Program-made: the position numbers and the translations under genes
Shown: positions 34,985-44,365 of the stretch, one piece after another
Layout of the letters: the number at the start of each line of letters is the position of its first letter
Position numbering within the stretch: the stretch's first letter is position 1
Notes under the pieces: generated by a model
What the model was told of the DNA's origin: nothing
Seen by the model: only the letters and a program-made list of their open reading frames with translations
Databases searched by the model: none
NCBI GenBank assembly: GCA_964492195.1
Contig: CAZBJL010000002.1
Coordinates: forward strand, 25,472 to 89,471
DNA: 64,000 nt
Origin: an uncultured Candidatus Saccharibacteria bacterium
Lineage (GTDB): Bacteria; Patescibacteriota; Minisyncoccia; Phycocordibacterales; DATGWK01
Reading direction: 5' to 3'

Positions 34985-36100
34985 ATGTTGGACACTGTCG
35001 TTCTAAACGTGCCGAGAGGGTCGTATAAGCTCAGACCCGAAGCGTTTACGCCAAACGCAATCATTCTCAGGATGTCTGGGAATTATCTAGTGAAGTGCGT
35101 CAATAATCCGAGTGCCGCCGACAAGAAAGCCGGAATCTATAGGCCACGTTTGACCTTAATGAAAAGGATGACACGAAACGGTAGCGAAATACCGCTTAAA
35201 ATCGAGTTCTCTGTGGCAAAGATGCTTTATGGAAATAATGTTGACGAGGTGGAAGAAATCGACTTTGAAAAAGTTATTTCGGCACTACATGAAGCAATGA
35301 TTGAAATGCAGGTCTATGTGTCGCACGAGAATTTAAGAAATGCCAAAGTGTCGGCTTTTCATCCGTCAAAAAACGTTAGGCTTACAGACGGGTACACTTC
35401 AAGCTTCGTGATTACTGAACTCCGTAAGGTTGATGTCAGTAAGAAAATGGACATTAACCGTGACAGCTTCAGGAATAGTGGACATTCGCTCCAGTTCTAC
35501 ACAAACTCCCATTCGCTTGTTGTGTACGACAAAGTTTACGACCTTAAAAAACCCGAGAAACGAGCTATGGATAAAAACCAGAACTCACTTCAACTTTCTC
35601 TCTTCGACACACTAACGAAGAAGAAAAAGACAGAGGTCTTGCGTATTGAAGCTCGACTCGCAAAAAAAGTTAAAATGAATGCGATTTTGAGAGGGCTGGG
35701 ACTCAAGGAAAATCCAACTTTTGCAGATGTTTTTAAGAAGAATGTTTGTCAGAAAATACTTCTCAATTACTGGGATGAAATCATTGTGGGTAAAAATCTT
35801 TTCTTGTTCGATGTTGAGAGCAATCCGAAGAAAACCCTTGATTCCATTTTCAAAAATAAGCCCAAAATAAAACCAAAAGACGCTCTGTACCTCGTGGGTC
35901 TCAGGGTTCTCAGTAAGGGTGGAATCAGAGACACGAGGTCGGTTGTCGAGCGGTATTCGACACCTCGAACTTGGTATCGGATAGCAAAAGATTTGAAGTT
36001 TCTCGACGACATTTCAAGTAAGACCTACCACGGTTGGGTAAGACAAATAAAAGATGCGCTCGATGATTTCGTACCATTCCGAATATCCACGGCCGAATGA
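34985..36100 (+). CDS. hypothetical protein (371 aa), possible replication/mobilisation function
   Basis: Basic, Lys-rich; located in recombinase-associated cluster; no catalytic motif securely recognised. Confidence 0.4.
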   Translation: MLDTVVLNVPRGSYKLRPEAFTPNAIILRMSGNYLVKCVNNPSAADKKAGIYRPRLTLMKRMTRNGSEIPLKIEFSVAKMLYGNNVDEVEEIDFEKVISALHEAMIEMQVYVSHENLRNAKVSAFHPSKNVRLTDGYTSSFVITELRKVDVSKKMDINRDSFRNSGHSLQFYTNSHSLVVYDKVYDLKKPEKRAMDKNQNSLQLSLFDTLTKKKKTEVLRIEARLAKKVKMNAILRGLGLKENPTFADVFKKNVCQKILLNYWDEIIVGKNLFLFDVESNPKKTLDSIFKNKPKIKPKDALYLVGLRVLSKGGIRDTRSVVERYSTPRTWYRIAKDLKFLDDISSKTYHGWVRQIKDALDDFVPFRISTAE

Positions 36101-36131
36101 TTGGCTTGTAAAGAATTGTAAAGTATAATTA

Positions 36132-36329
36132 TTGACATCAAAACATAAAACCATGAAAGAAAAAGACTTTTACACAGCAAAAGATTTAGCGGAAAAACTG
36201 GGACTGAACGTGATGACCATTTATCGTTACATCGACTCCAAGAAACTTGGAGCATATAAAATCGGCAAGGAATATCGGATAGAGAAAGTCGAGTTTGAGG
36301 CGTTTTTGAAAAAGGTAAGCACTAAATAA
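36132..36329 (+). CDS. excisionase-family helix-turn-helix DNA-binding protein
   Basis: 65 aa; FYTAKDLAEKLGLNVMTIYRYIDSKKLGAYKIGKEYRI matches the excisionase/MerR-like HTH_17 pattern. Confidence 0.6.
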   Translation: MTSKHKTMKEKDFYTAKDLAEKLGLNVMTIYRYIDSKKLGAYKIGKEYRIEKVEFEAFLKKVSTK

Positions 36330-36330
36330 A

Positions 36331-39300
36331 ATGGCCGGATTATTCAAAAATAAAATCATAAAAGGAAAGATTGAACGGTTTGAAATACCCGATTTTGACC
36401 AGAAGCTCTCGGTAGTTAAATCCTGGTCTGATGCCTACAATGCAGGGGAACTTCAAAAGAAAAATGAGACCCAGTGCGAGCAGGCTTTCAATCAAGATTT
36501 TTTCATAAACATCCTTGGCTACTCGGCTTTTCCAAAAGAAAACTACACTATTCAGCCTAAAGACAATGTGGAAAGTGGAGGCGGTCAGATGCCTGACGCA
36601 ACGCTCGGCTATTTCGGCAAAGAGGGAAAGCGTGTTGTGGCCGTCGTTGAAATAAAAGACGCCAATACATCTCTTGATAAGTCGCAGTATCGGGAAGGTA
36701 GCCTGAGTCCAATCCAGCAGGCTTTCAAATACAAACCTCAATTCAAGGAGTGTGGTTTTGTTATAGCTACGAACTTTTTTGAACTCCGATTATTCCGAGA
36801 TAATCAACTCGATTACGAAAAATTTACACTCACGGAGCTAATCGACCCAAAAGATAATTATTACAATTTTCGCAAATTCTTTTTTCTCCTGAATGTTCAG
36901 AATTTTGTAACGGAAAAGGGGCAGACAGAAACCGAAATGCTTCTTTCGGCTATTCGTGTTGAGCAAGAAAAAATTACGAACCGGTTTTATGCGCAGTATA
37001 AGGAACTCCGTGAAAGTCTAATTACCGACATCGTAGAAAACAATAAAGACATTAAGCGGCCGGACTTTTATGGTTATATCGTTGAAAAGGCGCAGAAAAT
37101 TGTAGACCGAATAGTGTTCATATGTTTCTTCGAGGACTCCGGATTGTTGCCAGAGAATAAATTGGTCGAGGTTGTTGAGTATTCGCAAAAAAGCCAGTTG
37201 AGCGAACCGATTTGGGAAACCCTAAAAAAGTTCTTTAAGGCTGTAGATGAGGGAAGTGACCGGTTGGGAGTGCCGAACGGATATAACGGTGAACTTTTTA
37301 AGCAGGACAATGACCTTGATAGGCTGAAGGTAAGCGACTCAATTTGCAAACGCTTCATCGAACTTACGAATTTTGATTTTCAGGAAGACCTCTCGGTTAA
37401 CATTCTTGGTCACATTTTTGAGCAATCTATTACCGACCTTGAGAGACTGAAACAGTATTCAGAAGCAAGCACAATCACTGTCAGTAAAAAGGACACAAAG
37501 CGTAAAAAGGATGGAATTTTTTATACACCGGAGTATGTTGTTGATTACATTGTTAAAAACTCGTTGGGTAAATTCTTGTTTGAAAAAGAGACCGAAATTT
37601 TACAGAAGTTTAATCTTGACGACAAAAGGGTAAAAGAAGCTGGCTACAATAAAAAATTGGCACAAGCGTACTCGGAGTACAGTCAGTTTTTGAGAGGCGT
37701 GAAAATTCTTGACCCCGCTTGTGGCTCCGGAGCTTTTTTGGTAAAAGTGTTCGATTACTTACTTGCCGAACATAAAAGAGTTTTCAAGGTCGTTAATGAA
37801 GCGGAGGGACTAGACGGCAATAGCGCGTTACTTTCTGAAGAGAGTTACATAAAGCCGATTTTGGAAAACAATATTTTCGGTGTAGACCTTAACCCTGAGA
37901 GCGTCGAAATAACCAAGCTTTCGCTATGGCTCAAGTCGGCTCAAAAAGGTCAGAAGCTTATTACGCTCAAAGGAAATATAAAATGTGGCAACAGTTTGAT
38001 TGATGATTCGCAGATTGCAGGTGAACGAGCTTTCAATTGGTCTGCCGAGTTTCCATCAGTTATGAATGAAGGGGGCTTTGATGTTGTCGTTGGTAATCCT
38101 CCATATGTATTTGCCCGCGGTGGTAATTTCAATGAAAAAGAAAAGGAATACTATTACGGAAAATATAAGCTCGCAAACTATCAGATAAATACCTTCCTTC
38201 TTTTTATCGAGTTATCCAGGGGTTTGTTAAAGAAAAATGGTGAACTCGGTTTCATTATCCCGAACAACTGGCTCACGATAAGTTCCTTCGCGCCATTGAG
38301 AGAATTTATCATCAAAGAAAATGGCGATGTTCACATCTACAATGCGGTAGATAAAATATTCAACCAAGCCAGTGTAGATACTTGTTTGTTGTTTTTGAAA
38401 AAAGCTGAACCAACTACTGTCGTTCTTGGCGAACTTACAGCAGAAGAGGTAACGGTCGTGTCTGAGTCAAAACCCGAAGCATTTTTTGGCAACGATTTTA
38501 TATTGAGAATTGCTCACAAAGACAAGGTAGCAATAAAGTTTAAAAATTGTATTTCTTTGAAAGAAATTGCAACCGTAAAATCAGGGCTGAAAGCTTACGA
38601 GGTTGGAAAAGGTATCCCACAGCAGACGAAAGAAATGAAAGACACTCGAGTTTATCATTCGACGACATCTAATGGCGTGGATTGGCTTAAATACCTAGAG
38701 GGAGCAGATGTTGTCCGTTATCATCTTGGTTGGTCTGGCGAATATATCAAATATGGTCATAACCTAGCGGCTCAAAGGAGTTTGGAGCTATTTAATAGCC
38801 CAAGAATTGTGGTTCGCCAGATACCCTCGCGGCCGCCTTACTGCATAAATGCAATTTATTCAAAAGACATATATATAAACGACATCAATAGCCACAATAT
38901 TCTAAATATAAAAAGTGATTACCCTTATTTATACGTTCTTGGTGTTATCAATTCGGCGTTGCTGTCTCACTGGTTTGTAAATACCTTTGATAAATTCCAG
39001 AGAAAGATTTTTCCTCAATTTAAGGTTAATGAGCTTGAGCAATTTCCAATCGCAGAGGCGACGGATAAGGACAAAAATTCACTAGAGGTTCTTGTTGGAA
39101 ATACAATTTTGGCTAATGACGAGTTCTACTCAAAACTTAACAAGAGCAAAGAGCTTTTACGCATTGAGCTTAGTCTTGAAAAATTACCGACAAAACTCAA
39201 TCATTTCTATGAATTTTCATTTGACGAAGTGCTCAAGATTTCAAAAGCATCATTGAGTTTGGATAAAAAATCAGAACTCATGGATTTCTTCACAAAACAA

Positions 39301-39432
39301 AAAGACGAACTAAAAAATCTTAACGGTCGAATCGTTGCTTTAGACCAAGAGATTGACGAGCTTGTCTATAAGGTCTATGGGCTTTTAGCCGACGAAATCA
39401 AGGTTGTAGAAGACTTCAAAAAGAACAAATGA
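36331..39432 (+). CDS. Type IIG restriction-modification enzyme (MmeI-like fused endonuclease / N6-adenine methyltransferase)
   Basis: N-terminal PD-ExK (PDATLGYF...VVAVVEIKD), gamma-class MTase motif I LDPACGSGAFL and motif IV VVGNPPYV, long C-terminal TRD; 1033 aa. Confidence 0.65.
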   Translation: MAGLFKNKIIKGKIERFEIPDFDQKLSVVKSWSDAYNAGELQKKNETQCEQAFNQDFFINILGYSAFPKENYTIQPKDNVESGGGQMPDATLGYFGKEGKRVVAVVEIKDANTSLDKSQYREGSLSPIQQAFKYKPQFKECGFVIATNFFELRLFRDNQLDYEKFTLTELIDPKDNYYNFRKFFFLLNVQNFVTEKGQTETEMLLSAIRVEQEKITNRFYAQYKELRESLITDIVENNKDIKRPDFYGYIVEKAQKIVDRIVFICFFEDSGLLPENKLVEVVEYSQKSQLSEPIWETLKKFFKAVDEGSDRLGVPNGYNGELFKQDNDLDRLKVSDSICKRFIELTNFDFQEDLSVNILGHIFEQSITDLERLKQYSEASTITVSKKDTKRKKDGIFYTPEYVVDYIVKNSLGKFLFEKETEILQKFNLDDKRVKEAGYNKKLAQAYSEYSQFLRGVKILDPACGSGAFLVKVFDYLLAEHKRVFKVVNEAEGLDGNSALLSEESYIKPILENNIFGVDLNPESVEITKLSLWLKSAQKGQKLITLKGNIKCGNSLIDDSQIAGERAFNWSAEFPSVMNEGGFDVVVGNPPYVFARGGNFNEKEKEYYYGKYKLANYQINTFLLFIELSRGLLKKNGELGFIIPNNWLTISSFAPLREFIIKENGDVHIYNAVDKIFNQASVDTCLLFLKKAEPTTVVLGELTAEEVTVVSESKPEAFFGNDFILRIAHKDKVAIKFKNCISLKEIATVKSGLKAYEVGKGIPQQTKEMKDTRVYHSTTSNGVDWLKYLEGADVVRYHLGWSGEYIKYGHNLAAQRSLELFNSPRIVVRQIPSRPPYCINAIYSKDIYINDINSHNILNIKSDYPYLYVLGVINSALLSHWFVNTFDKFQRKIFPQFKVNELEQFPIAEATDKDKNSLEVLVGNTILANDEFYSKLNKSKELLRIELSLEKLPTKLNHFYEFSFDEVLKISKASLSLDKKSELMDFFTKQKDELKNLNGRIVALDQEIDELVYKVYGLLADEIKVVEDFKKNK

Positions 39433-40901
39433 AAGCCATAATCCTCGCCAGAGTTTCGGATAAAAAACAGGACTCAAACGAGGCTCAACTTTCACGAATA
39501 CTTTCGTATGCCAAGAGTAAGAATTTAGAAAAATGGAAAGTTTTTGAGCTAGAGGAGTCGTCCACTAAAGGTGTTAGAAAAAAGTTTCAGGAAATAATCG
39601 ACATCATCCGAGCATCCAAAGAGATAATCGCGCTTGTTGTTGATACGGTAGACCGACTGCAAAGGAGTTTTCAGGAATCGGTTGTTTTCGACGAACTTCG
39701 CAGAGAAGGAAAGGTAGAAATACATTTTTTTAGAGAAAATTTAATCATCAACAAAAAATCGAATAGCGCAGACATTCTTCGTTGGGATATGGGCGTCATG
39801 TTCGCCAAAAGCTACGTGTTGCAACTCAGCGACAACGTCAAAAGGAAGCAGGACAAAATGCGAGAAGATGGAGATATAACCGGAGCGCCGCCAATCGGCT
39901 ACGAGAGTGTATATAACGAAGCAGAAAAGAAGAGAAGAATCGATGTTATTCCAGACGAAAAAGCACACTACATCGTTAAAATTTTTGAAGAATACGCAAA
40001 GGGTGACGTGTCAGTAAAAACACTTTCAGAACGGATGTATAACGTCGGCTTGAGGAGCAAGACTGGCGTGAAGGTTAATCACGCAATGATTTTCAAAATT
40101 TTGAACGACACTTTCTATCACGGTGAAGCTTATTCGCGTACGCACAAACTCAGGTATCGTCACAAGTTCAAGTCAATAATCACAAAGGAACTTTTTGATA
40201 GATGTCAGGCTGTGATGGCGAAACACAATAAAGTACCGACAAAATATGCCTCGATGCCCTTTATGTTCGGAGGAGGCTCTGTTACGTGCGCACATTGTGG
40301 CGGTACTGTCGGGGGACAACTTAAAAAGGGTAAATACGTCTATTACAGTTGTTCTGGGTACAAGAAGTGTAAGAGGGTATACGTAACCGAAGAAGAGCTT
40401 GTGGGGCAGGTATACGGCGTTCTAGACAACCTGGAGCTACCTGATGACAGGATTGAAGAAATCACTGCCGGTCTAAAGGAAATCGGCGAGAACGAGAACA
40501 AATTTTATCGAACCAATATAACCGGCCTCAGGGCGGAATATGACAAGTACGATGCAAGAATAAAGAAAATGTACGAAGACCGGCTCGACGGACGTATTAC
40601 GGAAGATTTGTATGACAGTTATTTAAGAGAGTACAAAGAAAAACAGGCTGAACTCTTGAGTCAGATGCAAGACCACTCGAGCGCTGACGAACAATTCTAT
40701 ATAACCGCGAATATGACTTTGAATATAGCCCAAAGAGCCAAAGAGATATTCTTGAGTTCTGAACCCGAGGAGAAAAGGCAATTTTTGGGTTTTCTACTTC
40801 AGAACTGTACCCTAGACGAGAAAAAGCTATATTTCTCCCTACGTTCACCCTTTAATTTCATATCGGATTACACCGATAATACTACGTTGCGGAGGAGGTG
40901 A
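39429..40901 (+). CDS. large serine recombinase (integrase)
   Basis: Resolvase catalytic domain with Ser in AIILARVSDKKQ, recombinase domain, Cys4 zinc ribbon (CAHCGG...YYSCSGYKKCK), coiled-coil tail; last 12 nt overlap tRNA-Ser 3' end. Confidence 0.8.
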   Translation: MKAIILARVSDKKQDSNEAQLSRILSYAKSKNLEKWKVFELEESSTKGVRKKFQEIIDIIRASKEIIALVVDTVDRLQRSFQESVVFDELRREGKVEIHFFRENLIINKKSNSADILRWDMGVMFAKSYVLQLSDNVKRKQDKMREDGDITGAPPIGYESVYNEAEKKRRIDVIPDEKAHYIVKIFEEYAKGDVSVKTLSERMYNVGLRSKTGVKVNHAMIFKILNDTFYHGEAYSRTHKLRYRHKFKSIITKELFDRCQAVMAKHNKVPTKYASMPFMFGGGSVTCAHCGGTVGGQLKKGKYVYYSCSGYKKCKRVYVTEEELVGQVYGVLDNLELPDDRIEEITAGLKEIGENENKFYRTNITGLRAEYDKYDARIKKMYEDRLDGRITEDLYDSYLREYKEKQAELLSQMQDHSSADEQFYITANMTLNIAQRAKEIFLSSEPEEKRQFLGFLLQNCTLDEKKLYFSLRSPFNFISDYTDNTTLRRR

Positions 40902-40975
40902 GATTCGAACTCACGGTCCCTTGCGAGACTCTCGTTTTCAAGACGAGCGCGTTAGACCACTCTGCCACTCCTCCA
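40890..40975 (-). tRNA. tRNA-Ser (anticodon TGA)
   Basis: Hand-folded: acceptor GGAGGAG/CTCCTCC, anticodon stem CTCGT/ACGAG loop CTTGAAA, long variable arm, T arm GTGAGTTCGAATCTCAC. Confidence 0.8.
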
Positions 40976-40979
40976 TATA

Positions 40980-41249
40980 TTATTTTGTTTCACTCACAAC
41001 CTCTTCTTCTACTGTGTACTTTCTCGCAATGAAATAAATGTAAATTATTTCTAAAATTCCCACGGTGTTGGCGATCATGATTACGATAAACCACCACTTG
41101 TGCGAAAGGCGAGCTGCTTTCCAGAGCGCGACGCCTTTCCACGCGAGGGTCCAGACAAGAATCGCTATCAAGGCAATTGGATTTGCTTGAAGAAATCCAA
41201 GAATTCCTGAATCTTCGCCTGAAGCGAACTGTGTAAGTACATCCATCAT
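40980..41249 (-). CDS. small 2-TM membrane protein, hypothetical
   Basis: 89 aa, two hydrophobic helices. Confidence 0.4.
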   Translation of the reverse strand: MMDVLTQFASGEDSGILGFLQANPIALIAILVWTLAWKGVALWKAARLSHKWWFIVIMIANTVGILEIIYIYFIARKYTVEEEVVSETK

Positions 41250-41361
41250 ATTTTTGCTTGAAACTGCCGAAGTGCTCTGGCGTTACTGCCGGAGAACACA
41301 GGCGAGTGTCCTTTACTATACCGAAATTTTGCCTGTTCGCAATCAGATGTACAATGGTCGC

Positions 41362-41745
41362 ATGACACGATTAATGGGAATTGATTACGGTTCGAAAAGG
41401 GTTGGCATCTCTCTTTCTGACGAAAGTCACACGATTGCGATGCCAAAAGCGACATTTCCCAATGATCGAAATCTTTTTGGTTCAATAAAAACGCTCTGCA
41501 AGGGCCATGATGTGGAAGCGATTGTTATTGGAGAATCAAAAGACTATAAAGGAAATGACAATCCAATCATGAAAGACATTACTTTTTTTAAAGGCGAACT
41601 CGAGCGCGAATTACATCTTCCGGTTTACCTTCAACCTGAATACATGACGAGTCATGAAGCGGCTCGAACACAAGACGACAAAACACTTCTCGATGTATCT
41701 GCCGCAGCACTTATTTTGCAAAGTTACCTCGATAAGAAAAAATAG
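41362..41745 (+). CDS. ruvX: RuvX/YqgF pre-16S rRNA nuclease (Holliday junction resolvase-like)
   Basis: MTRLMGIDYGSKRVGISLSD start, RNase H-like; about 127 aa from internal M. Confidence 0.75.
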   Translation: MTRLMGIDYGSKRVGISLSDESHTIAMPKATFPNDRNLFGSIKTLCKGHDVEAIVIGESKDYKGNDNPIMKDITFFKGELERELHLPVYLQPEYMTSHEAARTQDDKTLLDVSAAALILQSYLDKKK

Positions 41746-41765
41746 GTTTGTTTGTATTTGTATTT

Positions 41766-41818
41766 CTACCCCAATAAACTCCGCCGGGGCGGGGCCCGCT
41801 CCGGCGGAGTTTATTGAA
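41766..41818. repeat. 15-bp-arm GC-rich inverted repeat
   Basis: aataaactccgccgg-ggcggggcccgct-ccggcggagtttatt between ruvX and pilM; no flanking T-run. Confidence 0.4.
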
Positions 41819-41843
41819 AAAAACACATGTTATAATTTTTTGA

Positions 41844-42860
41844 ATGAAGAGTTTACGTTTCTTTGATTTTTTTCCGCCGCCGAAATTCCTTGTCATGCCT
41901 GCTGTCGGCATTTCAGTTGAGAGTACTGCTCTCCGCGTTGTTTCATTTGAAAAAAAACACAACGCACTTACGTTGAAAAGTATCGATGAAATTAAACTCG
42001 AACCCGGAGTAATCGTCGCTGGTGATATTGCCAAACCCGACAAACTCGTAAGTGTGCTCAAAGATATTCGAAGCACATACGGCGCTCATTTTGCCCGCCT
42101 CGCATTGCCAGAAGAAAAAGCCTACGTGTACGAAACCGTTATTCCATTACCAGAAGAAGGGGATTTGCAGGATGCGGTTGAATTTTCTCTCGACCAAAAT
42201 ATTCCACTCAAAGCAACAGACGTTGTGTTTGATTTTGAAATTATCGAAGGACCATTTGCAGTAAATAATGTGCAGTCTGTCCGCGTTGTGGTTTCGGCGT
42301 ATTCAAAAGGTGTTGCTGAAACATGGGTTGAACTTTTAAAACAGGCGAGGATCACACCTCTTTCTTTTGCTACAGAATCGCAGGCAGTGGCTCGGGCTGT
42401 AGTGCCGCACGGCGACACAGAGGCGTCTCTCCTTGTTCACTTTTTGAAAGACAAAACAATTATTGCGATTTCTTCTGGAGGTCTTGTGCGGTTTACAACA
42501 ACGGTTTCTTCTTCGCTTGAAAATTCCGACAAAATTCTCAAATCTCACGAAGGTGAAAAAATTGCCGAATCTGTTGAGCTTCTTTCTGTGTCTGACGAAG
42601 TAAAAAAAGTGTATTCATATTGGATTTCGAGGTCTGGAGTGAAATCAAAAAATGATTCAGGAAAAATTAAAGCATTGGTAGTGAGTGGCCACGTCGGAGA
42701 CATGACTGACGTTGCGGATTATCTTGGTAAAAATATCGGAATCCCCGCACGACGTGGGAATGTCTGGGTAAATGCATTTTCTCTCGATGCTGTCGTACCA
42801 TCGATACCGTTCGAAGAGTCTTTGCTTTTTTCTGCTGCGATCGGCGCGGCATTGTCATAA
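41844..42860 (+). CDS. pilM: type IV pilus assembly protein PilM (actin-like ATPase)
   Basis: Actin-like fold pattern (AVGISVESTALRVV...); precedes PilN/PilO-like genes; start may be internal M at 41895. Confidence 0.65.
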   Translation: MKSLRFFDFFPPPKFLVMPAVGISVESTALRVVSFEKKHNALTLKSIDEIKLEPGVIVAGDIAKPDKLVSVLKDIRSTYGAHFARLALPEEKAYVYETVIPLPEEGDLQDAVEFSLDQNIPLKATDVVFDFEIIEGPFAVNNVQSVRVVVSAYSKGVAETWVELLKQARITPLSFATESQAVARAVVPHGDTEASLLVHFLKDKTIIAISSGGLVRFTTTVSSSLENSDKILKSHEGEKIAESVELLSVSDEVKKVYSYWISRSGVKSKNDSGKIKALVVSGHVGDMTDVADYLGKNIGIPARRGNVWVNAFSLDAVVPSIPFEESLLFSAAIGAALS

Positions 42861-42864
42861 ATAT

Positions 42865-43401
42865 ATGCTCAATATTCTTCCGAGAGAACAAAAAATAATT
42901 TTGAGAAAAGAGTATCGACTCCGACGCATTGCAGTGTGGCTTGGACTCGTACTTGTTTCACTCGCAGTTTCACTCGTGCTTTTAGTGCCCTCGTATTTCA
43001 TATATAGAGTCAAAGCAGGGGACGTTCGAGGTGAGCTCGAACGTTCGCGAAAAGTGTTGGAGGCCGATCTTCAAACAGGGGAATCGGCTGCAGAAGTTGC
43101 GGAGGCGCTAAAAAATGTGGAGGAATTAAAACCGTTTACTCCTCGCACGTCTGTTTATTCTTTGATGCGAATTTTTGAAGGGAAGCCACAAACGATTCGA
43201 ATTCTCGACATCACATTTCTTGCAAAAGCTGTCGACAAGCCAACTATTGTGCTCCGTGGTATTGCCGCTGACCGTGAAAGCCTCACCACGTTTAGCCGAG
43301 CACTTGAAAGTCGTTCAGAGTTCGGTTCTATCGACTTGCCCGTTTCGAATTTTGCCAAAGAGCGAAATATCGATTTTTCTATGACTATCACCGTAAAATA
43401 A
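42865..43401 (+). CDS. pilN: PilN-like bitopic membrane protein
   Basis: Basic N-terminus, single TM, periplasmic coiled-coil; translationally coupled after pilM. Confidence 0.5.
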   Translation: MLNILPREQKIILRKEYRLRRIAVWLGLVLVSLAVSLVLLVPSYFIYRVKAGDVRGELERSRKVLEADLQTGESAAEVAEALKNVEELKPFTPRTSVYSLMRIFEGKPQTIRILDITFLAKAVDKPTIVLRGIAADRESLTTFSRALESRSEFGSIDLPVSNFAKERNIDFSMTITVK

Positions 43402-43947
43402 ATGAAAACGCTTTCAACAAAAAAAATCATTATCATTTCCGCAATTCTGATTGTGGTATTAATCGCAGGACACTTTGTGGTGTTTGGATTTATAAAAAAT
43501 TCTGCAACGACCGTTTCTACATTGGAGCGCGATATTAATTCACTGCAAGCTCAAGCAGTTGAGTTTTCAAAATACAGTCCAGAAGATCTCAAAAAACTCG
43601 CCGAGTCTGTGAACAGTCGAATTATTTCGCACACAGATTTTGTTAGTTTTATCGAAAAAATTGAGGCCACTGGTCGGGTACAGAATGTTCCCGTCATCGT
43701 TCGGTCTGTTAACGTTGAACCACGAAACATTGAAGACACCGCTGATGATAAAGAAATCATGCGTCTCAAACTTGAAACAACAGGAACATGGGAAAATACC
43801 CAGCGCTATATTAATTATCTCGAACATTTGCCGTACAAAATCGCTATCACCAACCTCGGCCTTTCAATACTCAAAACAGAAGGGAAGGCGAGCAGTACGC
43901 CGACCTGGCGTGGGCAAATTGAATTAACTGCACTGAAATTCAAATGA
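43402..43947 (+). CDS. pilO: PilO-like bitopic membrane protein
   Basis: Start 1 nt after pilN stop; TM + coiled-coil + alpha/beta region. Confidence 0.45.
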   Translation: MKTLSTKKIIIISAILIVVLIAGHFVVFGFIKNSATTVSTLERDINSLQAQAVEFSKYSPEDLKKLAESVNSRIISHTDFVSFIEKIEATGRVQNVPVIVRSVNVEPRNIEDTADDKEIMRLKLETTGTWENTQRYINYLEHLPYKIAITNLGLSILKTEGKASSTPTWRGQIELTALKFK

Positions 43948-44267
43948 AACTTTTCAATAAAGAAAAAAAACCAAGTAAAAATATCGTAAAGCCAAAGTCG
44001 ACTATGGCGGAAGTTACGATGCGCGATTGGAAGTTAATGCTCATCGTGTTTACCGTGCTCATTGTGTGCGCCGTTGGGATAGACGGATATCTTTCAGTAC
44101 GGGTGAATAGGGGCGACTTTTTTGTGGTGGAGCCGGAGTCTACAGTTAACCCAGCTACTGCGGGAAGGAAGAGTCTTCTCGATGCTGACAACTTTTTTGT
44201 GAATCGGGAGAAGGAGTACGAAAACTTCAAAGCCTCTGCCGTGCCCGAAATTGACCCCTCTATATAG
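43944..44267 (+). CDS. small bitopic membrane protein, pilus-operon associated
   Basis: 4-nt overlap with pilO-like gene; one TM helix. Confidence 0.35.
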   Translation: MKLFNKEKKPSKNIVKPKSTMAEVTMRDWKLMLIVFTVLIVCAVGIDGYLSVRVNRGDFFVVEPESTVNPATAGRKSLLDADNFFVNREKEYENFKASAVPEIDPSI

Positions 44268-44287
44268 CCCTGGTATATTTCGACAAG

Positions 44288-44359
44288 GTCCTCGTAGCTC
44301 AACGGATAGAGCAGTGCTCTTCTAAGGCATTGATGTAGGTTCGATTCCTACCGAGGGCA
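44288..44359 (+). tRNA. tRNA-Arg (anticodon TCT)
   Basis: Hand-folded: acceptor GTCCTCG/CGAGGGC, D arm GCTCAACGGATAGAGC, anticodon loop CTTCTAA (stem has two G-U pairs), T arm GTAGGTTCGATTCCTAC. Confidence 0.65.
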
Positions 44360-44365
44360 GAGAAT

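Larger units (their letters stand above)
32583..40975. mobile_element. putative integrated element at tRNA-Ser (serine integrase, Xis-like HTH, Type IIG RM, DUF3800 + unknown cargo); left boundary not defined
   Basis: Recombinase gene terminates inside tRNA-Ser 3' end; co-oriented + strand gene block with excisionase-like and RM cargo. Confidence 0.35.
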
